From the NCBI GenBank assembly GCA_964230645.1, contig CAXRHT010000002.1:256001-320000 (forward strand): DNA of 64,000 bases, written 5' to 3'. The notes beneath the pieces were generated by a model that worked only from the letters and a program-made list of their open reading frames with translations, was not told the origin of the DNA and did not search any database. This document shows, piece by piece, positions 1 to 8,845 of the stretch (position 1 is the first letter of the stretch; each line of letters begins with the position of its first letter). The stretch comes from Bdellovibrionales bacterium. GTDB taxonomy: Bacteria > Bdellovibrionota > Bdellovibrionia > Bdellovibrionales > JAGQZY01. The position numbers and the translations under genes were made by a program.

Positions 1-408
1 CAAGCCGACTGGCTTATGCGTTTTTATGGGTTTTCTACGGATGAAATTGTACCAGAAAGTCATCCCCATTTGAGTCTTGAGCAAGACCCTAAACTCAGTT
101 GGGCTTTAAGAAATCGTCACCTTTTCCCAGTGGACGTCAATAAAGCGGATAAAGAGTCCCTTTTAAGAGTCCCTGGTCTTGGCGTGCGGAATGTTCAGCG
201 CATCCTTTCAGCCAGACGTTTTAAAAGATTGCGTTACCAAGATTTAGTGAAGATGAATCTACAAATGGCGCGAGCGAAGTACTTTCTATTGACCTCAGAC
301 TTTAACCCCTTTGCCATGCGCCTTGATGACCAATCTCTTCAGTTCAGGCAAGAAGAGCAGCTTTCCTTTTTCTCAGAACAATTCTCTGGTCTCACAGGCG
401 AGGTCTAG
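1..408 (+). CDS. Putative DNA modification/repair radical SAM protein (TIGR03916-like), C-terminal part, 5'-truncated by window
   Basis: Frame is open from base 1 (QADWLMRFYGF). Contains DPKLSWALRN..FPVDVNKA and the HhH motif LLRVPGLG typical of this family, and lies upstream of a TIGR03915/UdgX gene. Confidence 0.9.
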   Translation, partial: QADWLMRFYGFSTDEIVPESHPHLSLEQDPKLSWALRNRHLFPVDVNKADKESLLRVPGLGVRNVQRILSARRFKRLRYQDLVKMNLQMARAKYFLLTSDFNPFAMRLDDQSLQFRQEEQLSFFSEQFSGLTGEV

Positions 409-410
409 AG

Positions 411-1793
411 ATGCTTTATCCCACCTATGAGCAGTGGCTAAAATCCCAGATTGAAAACCAACCTGAGATTGAACTCTCAAACCAGCTCCCCCAACAAATA
501 AGTTTTCTTGATGGACTATCTCCTCGAGAGTCCAATAAGAAACCATTTACCATTGAAAAATATAAGAATGATAAGCGCTTACAAAAAGTTGTTGAACCTG
601 TTTTTATACATTCTGACCCTGAACGTTTTAAAATCCTGCAGAGTTTTTTTAAAGACTATCAGCAAGACCCTAAACAAATGTTCAACCCTCTCAACCCTCA
701 TGTGAAAAAAATTGAGCGCTTCACCAAACAGGTGGGTCGTGACATCCATAAAATGCGAGCCTTTGTGCGCTTTAAAGAACAGATAAGAGAGGGCATTAAA
801 CTTTATGTTGCCTATTATGAACCCGACCATTTTATTTTAAAGAAGAACACGGAATTCTTTGTGCGGCGATTCAATTCCATGAATTGGCTTATTATCACTC
901 CCCACGCTTGGGCTCTATGGAACCAGAAACAACTCTTGTATGAAGAGGAGAGGTTAAAAAAACCGAATCTTGATGAAGATGGCTTTGAAGAACTATGGAA
1001 GACCTATTACTCAAAAATTTTCAATCCCGCCCGGGTAAAGATTAAGGCCATGAAAAATGAGATGCCAACACGCTTCTGGAAGAACCTTCCTGAAGCGGAA
1101 TGCATCGCGCCTCTTATTCAATCAGCCCCTACGAGGGTGTCCAATATGGTCACCACCCAAAAGTCTCATTTTCGAAAACCTTCTTTTAGCACATTGAGAG
1201 AACTCAATTCGAGTATAAAAAACTGCCAGGCCTGTAATCTCTGCCAACTTCCTACTCAAGCCGTGGTAGGGGAGGGCCCCAAGCAAGCTCGGCTGATGAT
1301 TGTGGGAGAAGCCCCTGGAGATGAAGAGGAAAAAAGGGGACGACCTTTTGTTGGACCTGCCGGCAAGGTTTTAAGGAAAGTTTTAAAAGATTTGGGCGAA
1401 GACGTGGGGAATATTTATTTAACCAATGCTGTAAAACATTTTAACTACAGGAAGTCTGGAAAACTTAGAATTCACAAAAACCCGGAGGCTCAACATATCA
1501 TGCACTGTCATGGCATACTACAAACGGAGATCAAACTACAAAAACCTCAATTGATTTTAGGCCTGGGGCGCTCGGCGGCTCACTCGCTTTTTGGTTTCTC
1601 AGTTTCTCTTTCAAACTACCGAGGGATACTCACAAAAACAGTGGACGACACCCCTTGTGTGATCAGTCACCATCCGGCCAGGCTTTTAAGGGAAAAAGAC
1701 CCGGCAAGACGTGAGCAATTAACCAAAGAGTTTCGCCAAGACATTCAACTAGCCTTGCGGACTCTTGAGCGGACAAAAGAATTAGTCGTCTAA
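411..1793 (+). CDS. udgX: TIGR03915/DUF4130 DNA-metabolism domain fused to UdgX-family uracil-DNA binding/glycosylase domain
   Basis: N-part has RDIHKMRAFVRF, EPDHFI and LWKTYYSKIFNPARVK..EMPTRFWKNLPE. C-part has CQACNLC, GEAPG, TNAVKHF, R-loop GKLRIHK and HPxxLLR. Confidence 0.88.
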   Translation: MLYPTYEQWLKSQIENQPEIELSNQLPQQISFLDGLSPRESNKKPFTIEKYKNDKRLQKVVEPVFIHSDPERFKILQSFFKDYQQDPKQMFNPLNPHVKKIERFTKQVGRDIHKMRAFVRFKEQIREGIKLYVAYYEPDHFILKKNTEFFVRRFNSMNWLIITPHAWALWNQKQLLYEEERLKKPNLDEDGFEELWKTYYSKIFNPARVKIKAMKNEMPTRFWKNLPEAECIAPLIQSAPTRVSNMVTTQKSHFRKPSFSTLRELNSSIKNCQACNLCQLPTQAVVGEGPKQARLMIVGEAPGDEEEKRGRPFVGPAGKVLRKVLKDLGEDVGNIYLTNAVKHFNYRKSGKLRIHKNPEAQHIMHCHGILQTEIKLQKPQLILGLGRSAAHSLFGFSVSLSNYRGILTKTVDDTPCVISHHPARLLREKDPARREQLTKEFRQDIQLALRTLERTKELVV

Positions 1794-2285
1794 AGAAAGA
1801 ACGATCACCGCTTTTTTTGGAGCCCCTTTTTGTTTGTAGATTTGGTACTTCCGTTCGTAAACCTCATCATCTTCTGTACTCTCGGAGATCGCTGATTTGA
1901 AGTCATCTAACTGGAATACGCGAACAAACCAATTGGAGCCTTCGGCCATATTGTAGGCTTCCATATCATCAACGTCGGCTTTGGTTTTTTTGATATAATC
2001 TTTAATCGCTTTGATACGATTTTTTGCGATGCTCCTTTGCTGTTTATCAAGGCTCTTTTTCACCCCAGGGAAGTCCTCATCGGCCCAGACAGCCATATGC
2101 ACATCGATTTCTTTTTTATCGAGGGCTGCACTTTTAAGAATCGCATCAATCTCTTTACTATGCTTGGCGTTAAGTTCTGTCACTCCCGTATCGAAATCCA
2201 AAACAATGGATTGCATATTTTCGCCCGCAGACCAGGCGCTTAGTGGCAGAATTAAAAAAGCGACTAAAGTTAGAATCTGTTTCAT
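1782..2285 (-). CDS. Secreted hypothetical protein, possibly OmpA-C-like fold
   Basis: Signal peptide (AWS-A), GGAGG RBS, FDTGVTEL motif. Confidence 0.6.
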   Translation of the reverse strand: MKQILTLVAFLILPLSAWSAGENMQSIVLDFDTGVTELNAKHSKEIDAILKSAALDKKEIDVHMAVWADEDFPGVKKSLDKQQRSIAKNRIKAIKDYIKKTKADVDDMEAYNMAEGSNWFVRVFQLDDFKSAISESTEDDEVYERKYQIYKQKGAPKKAVIVLSLDD

Positions 2286-2495
2286 TGTGAAACCTCCTTA
2301 TCATTAATTTTTAACAATACAGTTTTCCAATTGGGGATACATGGAGACTTTCTCAATAGGTTGTGCCCGAATCTACAAATCAATCGTATTAGAGAACACT
2401 TCCCACTATTTTGGCAAAATTTGGTTGCCTGTTTTTTCAATGATAAATACTCTCTCATTTCGTTTATTTTAATTGCAGATAAGGAGAAATCTAAG

Positions 2496-2927
2496 GTGAG
2501 TGGATTTATAACAGGTTTTCGTAAGTTTATTGCTCGTGGCAACTTGATGGACTTGGCTATCGGGGTCATGGTCGGGGGAGCATTTAGCTCTCTAGTAAAG
2601 TCTTTTGTGGACGATATTCTCTCCCCTTTGGTGGGAATCTTTCTCGGGCACAGCAAAATGGAGAGCTGGAGTTTTAAATTTGAAGTTCCTGGAATCAGCG
2701 AAGCCGGTGCATCCAAACCGGTGATTTTAAGTTATGGTAAGTTTATCCAGACTTCCATTGATTTCATAATTCTAGCTTTTGTCATTTACTGCCTCTTTAA
2801 GGTGGTGACAAAAGTTCGTGAAAAAGCCGAAGATCCGAAAGACACGAGTGTTCCCACACCAAAGGATATTGAGCTTCTCACAGAGATTAGAGACGCTCTC
2901 ACTACAAAACAGGCGCCAAAATCTTAA
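2496..2927 (+). CDS. mscL: Large-conductance mechanosensitive channel
   Basis: FRKFIARGNLMDLAIGVMVGGAF and LLTEIRDAL motifs. GTG start at 2496 follows AAGGAG. Confidence 0.95.
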   Translation: MSGFITGFRKFIARGNLMDLAIGVMVGGAFSSLVKSFVDDILSPLVGIFLGHSKMESWSFKFEVPGISEAGASKPVILSYGKFIQTSIDFIILAFVIYCLFKVVTKVREKAEDPKDTSVPTPKDIELLTEIRDALTTKQAPKS

Positions 2928-3044
2928 TCTTTTTGAAAGCCTAAGGGGAGGAGAAATGTCTACGTTTCTCCTCATAATTTTAAAACCTGAGAAGAGACCT
3001 ACTCTAAAAATCCTTTATCCTGTTTTTCTATGGGAGGTCCAAAT

Positions 3045-4049
3045 ATGTCAAATAAACAGTTAATTCTCAAAAGTCGTCCAAAAACTTATCCTGAGCCCTC
3101 AAACTTTGAACTCGTGGATCAGAACTTGAATGAACTTAAAGACAATCAAGTCAAAGTGCAAATCCAGTGCATTTCTCTAGATCCAGCGATGCGAGGCTGG
3201 ATTGAGGATCAAGAGTCCTATATTGAACCTGTGAAAATTGGCTCTGTGATGAGAGCCTTTGCCGCCGGAGTGGTGGAGGAATCAAAAAGTAAGGACTTTA
3301 AAAAGGGCGATTCTGTGGTGGGACTATTAGGAGTGAGAGACTACGCAATTGCTGACAGTAAGGATATCTATAAGGTTGATCCCGATGTAGCCCCCCTTGA
3401 AACTTGGGTCGGAGGCCTAGGAATGCCCGGATTGACCGCTTATTTCGGTATGACAGAGATTGCAAACATGAAAAAAGGCGAAACGATTGTTGTTTCGGCA
3501 GCCTCAGGAGCTGTTGGGCAAGTGGTGGGCCAATTGGCAAAAAACCAAGGAGCCCGAGTCATTGGGATCGCTGGGGGGAAAGAAAAGTGTGATCTGATTA
3601 AAAAGGAATTTGGTTTTGATGAGAGCATTGATTACAAAAACTCTAAAGTCTCTGAGGAACTCGATCAACTTTGCCCCGATGGTTTTGATGTTTACTGGGA
3701 AAGTGTGGGCGGTCCTATTGCTAACGCTGCGATTGCGCGTGTGAAAACCCATGGGCGAGTGGTTTTATGTGGTATGATCTCAAATTACAATGAACCTGAT
3801 GAGATGGGATTAAGCCTTGAAGCCTATGGAAATCTTTTGAAAAATCGCATTCAACTGCAAGGCTTTGTGATCCTGGACTATATGGATCGCAGCGAAGAGG
3901 GGATTAAAGAACTCTCCAAACTCAAAAAACAAGGCAATCTCACTTTCAAAGATGACGTTCGACAAGTGGGACTTGATAAGTTCACCGAAACCCTCAATGA
4001 TCTCTATTCGGGAGACAACAAGGGCAAGCTAGTGATGAAAATCCATTGA
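3045..4049 (+). CDS. NADP-dependent oxidoreductase (PTGR/CurA-like MDR family)
   Basis: SLDPAMRGW, GMPGLTAYFG, VSAASGAVG and GKLV motifs. GGAGG RBS before ATG 3045. Confidence 0.92.
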   Translation: MSNKQLILKSRPKTYPEPSNFELVDQNLNELKDNQVKVQIQCISLDPAMRGWIEDQESYIEPVKIGSVMRAFAAGVVEESKSKDFKKGDSVVGLLGVRDYAIADSKDIYKVDPDVAPLETWVGGLGMPGLTAYFGMTEIANMKKGETIVVSAASGAVGQVVGQLAKNQGARVIGIAGGKEKCDLIKKEFGFDESIDYKNSKVSEELDQLCPDGFDVYWESVGGPIANAAIARVKTHGRVVLCGMISNYNEPDEMGLSLEAYGNLLKNRIQLQGFVILDYMDRSEEGIKELSKLKKQGNLTFKDDVRQVGLDKFTETLNDLYSGDNKGKLVMKIH

Positions 4050-4182
4050 AACTTTACTAGCGAAGACTTTTATCAAAAAGTTATACGAACTACGGGACTT
4101 TTTGAAGGTGATTTTGAAATGGGTAAGCAACACCTAAAACTCGTTGTTAAATCGTCTTAGTCACACCTTTTTGTACAATTCT

Positions 4183-4238
4183 GTGTAGTTAGTTACACGC
4201 TAACTACACTTGCTAGTTTTAAAAGACACTTTTAGATT
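4183..4238 (+). promoter_or_regulatory. 10-bp inverted repeat directly upstream of a sigma70-type promoter
   Basis: GTGTAGTTAG-N7-CTAACTACAC at 4183-4209, TTGCTA at 4210-4215, 17-bp spacer, TAGATT at 4233-4238. Confidence 0.55.
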
Positions 4239-4244
4239 TGGGCA

Positions 4245-5543
4245 ATGGAAGTTCAAAAATTAGACCCTAATAATATTCCAAGTGATAGAAATTTTTCCTT
4301 GCTGTCAGAACTAATTTGTGAGGACTACCCCTGCGTTATGGCTCAGGCTATGCTAAAAAAGGGAAGTATTTTTGAAGCTCAAGGTAAAAGTTCTTGTCCG
4401 GTCAAACTCAGTCAACAGATTAGACGATCGCTTGCAGACTTTGAACGAAATTACCCTAGCACTGAAACGGAACTTCAAACCTTCATCTTCTATCTTCCTG
4501 GTTTAAGCAATGCCTCCTTTGAAAAAAGTGAAAAGGTATTCTGGGGTTTAGTTGGGAGACTTCTCTCCGAAAGCCACTCTCGGGATACAAGTCCATCCCA
4601 AAATTTAGAAGATATCATAAGGGATCCCAACTTTTCCCTAAAAGTGAATAATGTGGAATACTTTCTGATTTTTCTTCATCCCAAAAGTCCTAGGAAAGCG
4701 CGACGATTAGCACAGCCTGCAATTGTCTTTAACCGCTTCAGTCAGTTTGAATCTTTACGAGACGAAGGAGTTTTTGAAATGATCAAGAAACAAATCCGTG
4801 AACGAGATAAAAGTTATAGTGGCTCAGTGAATCCTATGGTCGCCGATCATGGAGAATCTAGTGAAATTTTGCAATACTCCGGGAGAGATTACTCATCGGA
4901 GAGCGGTTGCCCCTTCCAATCAATTGCAAAAAACTTCCAGACCATTCCCCCTCGTTCAGGCATGGCCCTTAAAATAGAAAAAGGCGATTTTCTGACTGTT
5001 TTTGATCCTGAAGGGGAGCAGGTGAGTGACCTTTTTTGTTTCAACGCCCAAGATAGAAATGAGTATTTCTCAAGTGGACGAACTATTGATTACAACTCAA
5101 AGCTGTTTTTAGGTGAGGGCGATTACCTTTATTCATCCGAAAGTCGAAAAATGCTTAAAATTATGCAAGATGATGTAGGGCGACATGACCTCCTACTAAC
5201 ACCTTGTTCCAGCGATACTTTCAAACTCCTCTATGAGGGTGAGCCCTTCCACCGTGGATGCCAGGGTAACCTCATCGCTGCTTTTAAAAATTATGACATA
5301 GACCTTCAAAACCTGCCCTCAGCTTTTAACATATTTATGAATGTCACTGTCGATTCTAGTAGTGGTCAAATTGAGGTTTTAGCCCCAAAATCAAAGCCAG
5401 GAGACAAAATAACTTTTCAAGCCCAAATGGATCTTATAGTTGGCTTGACGGCTTGTTCAGCACCTATGTCAAACGCCGGAGTCTGTAAAAAAATAAACTT
5501 CCTTCATTCACAGAAAGATTCGAATCTGGAGGTTCTGAGATGA
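4245..5543 (+). CDS. Fusion of YqcI/YcgG (GntA/DcsA-like heme N-hydroxylase) domain and DUF1989 urea-carboxylase-associated domain
   Basis: N-part has YPCVMA, HPKSPRKARR, FNxxSQFExLR, IRERD..SGSVNPM..HGExSE..QYSGR and GCPF. C-part has DPEGEQVSDL, SGRTIDY, GRHDLLLTPCS, FNIFMNV and LTACSA. Confidence 0.85.
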   Translation: MEVQKLDPNNIPSDRNFSLLSELICEDYPCVMAQAMLKKGSIFEAQGKSSCPVKLSQQIRRSLADFERNYPSTETELQTFIFYLPGLSNASFEKSEKVFWGLVGRLLSESHSRDTSPSQNLEDIIRDPNFSLKVNNVEYFLIFLHPKSPRKARRLAQPAIVFNRFSQFESLRDEGVFEMIKKQIRERDKSYSGSVNPMVADHGESSEILQYSGRDYSSESGCPFQSIAKNFQTIPPRSGMALKIEKGDFLTVFDPEGEQVSDLFCFNAQDRNEYFSSGRTIDYNSKLFLGEGDYLYSSESRKMLKIMQDDVGRHDLLLTPCSSDTFKLLYEGEPFHRGCQGNLIAAFKNYDIDLQNLPSAFNIFMNVTVDSSSGQIEVLAPKSKPGDKITFQAQMDLIVGLTACSAPMSNAGVCKKINFLHSQKDSNLEVLR

Positions 5544-6049
5544 ATTGGGACACATTCCTTAATATTTTATTTTCTGCTTTTGCCATTTACATTGTTTTAT
5601 TGATATTTGTTCGACTACTGGGGTTAAGAAGTTTCGCTGAAATGTCAGCTCCCGATCTAGCGGTGACGGTTGCTATTGGAACTGTTATATCCTCAACCCT
5701 TCTTCCTTCCTCTCCCACATTTGTTGACGGTGTCACCGTTTTGTTTATCCTTTTCATGATACAATTTTGCTTTTCTCAAATTAGATTAAAGTCTCAAAAA
5801 GCCAAAGAAACCATTGAGAACTCTCCCATGCTTGTTATGGACTCAAAAGGAATCATTGCAGAAAATCTTCGTCAAACCTATTTAACTGAAGATGACTTGA
5901 TGGCAAAATTGCGAGAAGCCAACGCCTATGATCTAACAAAAATCCATGCTGTTATTTTCGAAACAACAGGTGATATTAGTGTACTGCATGGGGAGGGTTC
6001 TGTTTCCTCGGAAGTCTTGAACAATGTACGAAGAAGTAAAGAGAGCTAG
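5540..6049 (+). CDS. DUF421 (YetF) membrane protein
   Basis: GLRSFAEMS, three TM segments, LREAN..AVIFETTGDISV. ATGA overlap with the upstream gene. Confidence 0.88.
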   Translation: MNWDTFLNILFSAFAIYIVLLIFVRLLGLRSFAEMSAPDLAVTVAIGTVISSTLLPSSPTFVDGVTVLFILFMIQFCFSQIRLKSQKAKETIENSPMLVMDSKGIIAENLRQTYLTEDDLMAKLREANAYDLTKIHAVIFETTGDISVLHGEGSVSSEVLNNVRRSKES

Positions 6050-6077
6050 TTTCTTTAATGGTCGATAGGAGAAGGTT

Positions 6078-6380
6078 ATGTGTCGCGGTGTAATAAAGGT
6101 GGATCTGTTTTTCCCCATTAAAAAGTCTACCGATGAGACTAAAGATTGGTTTGAAGAAAAAATACTAAAAAAATTCGGAGGTTTCACTGTCGACGGCGAA
6201 TCCAAGCGGGGAGAGTGGCGTGATTCCTCCAAACATATTGACCAAATTAGGAAATACGAAATAATCATTCCTAGTGAAGACTTTAATCCCTCCTACTTCA
6301 GAGGTCTTAAAAATGAGCTTGAAGATCAACTCCATGAGAAGAAAATCCTCATAAAATACCAATCTGTCCAGCAGATCTGA
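6078..6380 (+). CDS. Small hypothetical protein, possibly DUF3574/PII-like fold
   Basis: AGGAG RBS and FGGFTV..GEW motif. Confidence 0.5.
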   Translation: MCRGVIKVDLFFPIKKSTDETKDWFEEKILKKFGGFTVDGESKRGEWRDSSKHIDQIRKYEIIIPSEDFNPSYFRGLKNELEDQLHEKKILIKYQSVQQI

Positions 6381-6386
6381 TATGCC

Positions 6387-8732
6387 TTATCCTGTGGTCA
6401 ACATCCCACATGAAATACCCGCCACTGTTTTCCGAACCAATTCTTGGTCATCATCTTTATGGCCAAGAATTTGAAGTACATTGAGTGGATGAATCATAGA
6501 GGATCGTAGTTTGATAGATTCGTCCAACCAAGGGGTGTGCCAAAGAAGACTACGCTCTCCAGAGACTTCTCGCACAAACTGCGTGGCCGCAGACAACTCT
6601 TTTGAGAAGGTGTTTATAATCTCTTCTTTTTCATTTTCGTTAAGATCACTATGGGAGAGATAGAGTTTAAAAACACTAAAATCGACTTTAGAAAGAGTAA
6701 AGCCAAGCGTTCTCACAAAAGAGGCAAAAAGAGGACTCTCCTTATAGGCCTTCACCAAACGTGCCCGTTTCTTGTCGTCTCTTTTGATCTTCTGCCAAGC
6801 CGTACCGATTCCCCACCAGGTGGGGAAAAGAAGTCTCGTTTGTGTCCAACACAGAATCCAAGGAATAGCTCTAATCGAGGAGAAATCAAGTGGCCCTTCT
6901 TTCTTTCTTTTTGTAGGTCTGGATCCAAGCTTTAGAACATCCAAGTACGAGTAGGGAGTTGCTGCCTCCACCATTTTTAGAAACAAGGGCTCTTGCAACT
7001 TTTGAGCGTATTGCTCTTCTACCTGATCAGAAAACTCATCGACAATTTTTGAAATTTTGATGGGACCTGAGCGAACCTTAGAGCGCTGTGAATTTTTGAT
7101 AATTTTATGACAATTAGAACTCACCACCTCAGGGGAGGTAAAATAGCGCTCGACCATCTCGCCTTGCACAGTGGCCTTATAAAGGTTTAAGGCTGACTTT
7201 GGCCACCAGGCGGTTTGATCAACAAGTTTTCCACCGCCTCGATCCACAGAGCCCCCGGAGCCATGAAAGAAGACCGGCGTGAATTTTTTTGAGGAGATCA
7301 ACTGATCTAGGTTTCTTAGAGTTTTTGCTATATTCACTCGGCTAGCAAGAACTCCCATGCCCTTTGACGAGTCGGAATAACCGAGCATCACCTCAAGCCG
7401 ATTGTAGAAAAGCTTTTTTATGTTTTTGGTGTATGTCTTGTTAGCTATAATTTTTTCGACCAATTGATAGGAATCAGCCAGGGCCTGATCAGTTTCAAAT
7501 AGAGGTATAATGGGTACTTCAATTTTACCGACCGTCTCCATTTGCAGTTTGTAGGCATTGTTAAAGTCCTCGTTGGTGTGAAACATACTGATCACAAAAC
7601 CTTGAGCGTAGTTCCTAATGGAATAATCACCCGCAAGTTCTTTTAGTTTTGAAAGCATTCGAGAAATAGCGAAATCCTTAGTTTTAGCATTAACAGCTTG
7701 AGCAATAACCTCACTGTCTTCTCGTAATTCGATCGGAATCACCAGACCTGGGAAAAGGGAGAATAGCTGTTCAACTTTATCAAGTCTCGGATTTTTAGCA
7801 CCCACTTTATCAACGTATTCTTTTTGTAAGTTGAGAACTTGGGCTTTAATTTCTTTTACTTTGTTAAGGTCACCAGGCTTTATTTTTCTAATTTTTTTAG
7901 TCAGACTTTTGAGGTTTTGACCTTTTTTAATAAAGTCTCCAAGGGTGTCGCCAGTGAGCTCATTAACAAACATATCAAGATAGGAGTCTAGAAATTGAGC
8001 AAACTTATTTCTTGAGGCATTCAGACAATCAAGCATGACTTTATCGTCAATACCGGGATGCCCATCTTTATCTCCGCCCACCCAGGTTCTAATTCTAAGG
8101 GGGTGATAGTCTCTATTGGTGCGAAGAATCGTATCGAGAATGTCTTTTCTTAATAAAATTGAAAATAAATGATTAGCCTCATCCAGGACCTCTGGTTTCT
8201 TGTGCTTAGTAACAGGGATGAGCCAAGCTAATTTTAAATTGTGTTTAATAATGCTTAGCAAATAATTTTCCTCCCCTGTCTGCTCGAGAATTCTGACACA
8301 AACATTTTGAATTCGCTGGAACAAAAACATATTATCGGTCGAACGCACCTCTGTCGGATGGGCTGTCAATACAAAAACAATGCTACTTTCTGAAGGCGCT
8401 AACTGCCCGTGAATTTGGCTCTGCCGGATTCGGAAGGTGCGGTACGCCGTTTCACAAACATTAATTAGCTCCAACATAAGCGTGTTGGCTGTCACTATAT
8501 CGTGCCGATGGCTGCTTTTGGCCTTTTCAAGGGTGCGATAGAGGCTTGTAAGAAGCTTTTCTTGATCTTTTTTACCGGCTTTTCTATACTCAATCATTTT
8601 CAGGCGAATACTTTCCACCTGATTGTAGAGTTTGTCTCCACCTTCTTCTTTTATAACTTCACCAAGAAGTGAGAGACACTGACTGACGAGATTCTGGAGT
8701 TGTTTTGGTAAACCCTTTTGTTTGTTCTTCAT
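6387..8732 (-). CDS. ppc: Phosphoenolpyruvate carboxylase, short divergent type
   Basis: VLTAHPTE, WVGGDKDGHP, PLFET, VMLGYSDS, FHGSGGSVDRGG, RAIPW and C-terminal TTG. Confidence 0.92.
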   Translation of the reverse strand: MKNKQKGLPKQLQNLVSQCLSLLGEVIKEEGGDKLYNQVESIRLKMIEYRKAGKKDQEKLLTSLYRTLEKAKSSHRHDIVTANTLMLELINVCETAYRTFRIRQSQIHGQLAPSESSIVFVLTAHPTEVRSTDNMFLFQRIQNVCVRILEQTGEENYLLSIIKHNLKLAWLIPVTKHKKPEVLDEANHLFSILLRKDILDTILRTNRDYHPLRIRTWVGGDKDGHPGIDDKVMLDCLNASRNKFAQFLDSYLDMFVNELTGDTLGDFIKKGQNLKSLTKKIRKIKPGDLNKVKEIKAQVLNLQKEYVDKVGAKNPRLDKVEQLFSLFPGLVIPIELREDSEVIAQAVNAKTKDFAISRMLSKLKELAGDYSIRNYAQGFVISMFHTNEDFNNAYKLQMETVGKIEVPIIPLFETDQALADSYQLVEKIIANKTYTKNIKKLFYNRLEVMLGYSDSSKGMGVLASRVNIAKTLRNLDQLISSKKFTPVFFHGSGGSVDRGGGKLVDQTAWWPKSALNLYKATVQGEMVERYFTSPEVVSSNCHKIIKNSQRSKVRSGPIKISKIVDEFSDQVEEQYAQKLQEPLFLKMVEAATPYSYLDVLKLGSRPTKRKKEGPLDFSSIRAIPWILCWTQTRLLFPTWWGIGTAWQKIKRDDKKRARLVKAYKESPLFASFVRTLGFTLSKVDFSVFKLYLSHSDLNENEKEEIINTFSKELSAATQFVREVSGERSLLWHTPWLDESIKLRSSMIHPLNVLQILGHKDDDQELVRKTVAGISCGMLTTG

Positions 8733-8845
8733 ATTTACACCTCAAACAAATCTTACCAGGTGACCTGAAGGAATCAACTTTACCGGTTAGAAAACAAGAA
8801 ATTTACAAACTTTTATTTTGTAAGCATTAATGAGGAGATCCACCC

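Noticed and set aside
2331..2495. Long N-terminal extension of MscL
   Set aside because: An SD-preceded GTG at 2496 gives a normal-length MscL, and the extension overlaps the divergent promoter region.
4050..4244. Guanidine riboswitch upstream of the DUF1989 fusion
   Set aside because: No ykkC-type motifs or paired ACGR tetraloop hairpins, and the predicted promoter leaves no leader.
4245..5543. Guanitoxin or cycloserine biosynthetic cluster
   Set aside because: Only the hydroxylase-like domain is present; none of the other pathway genes are nearby.
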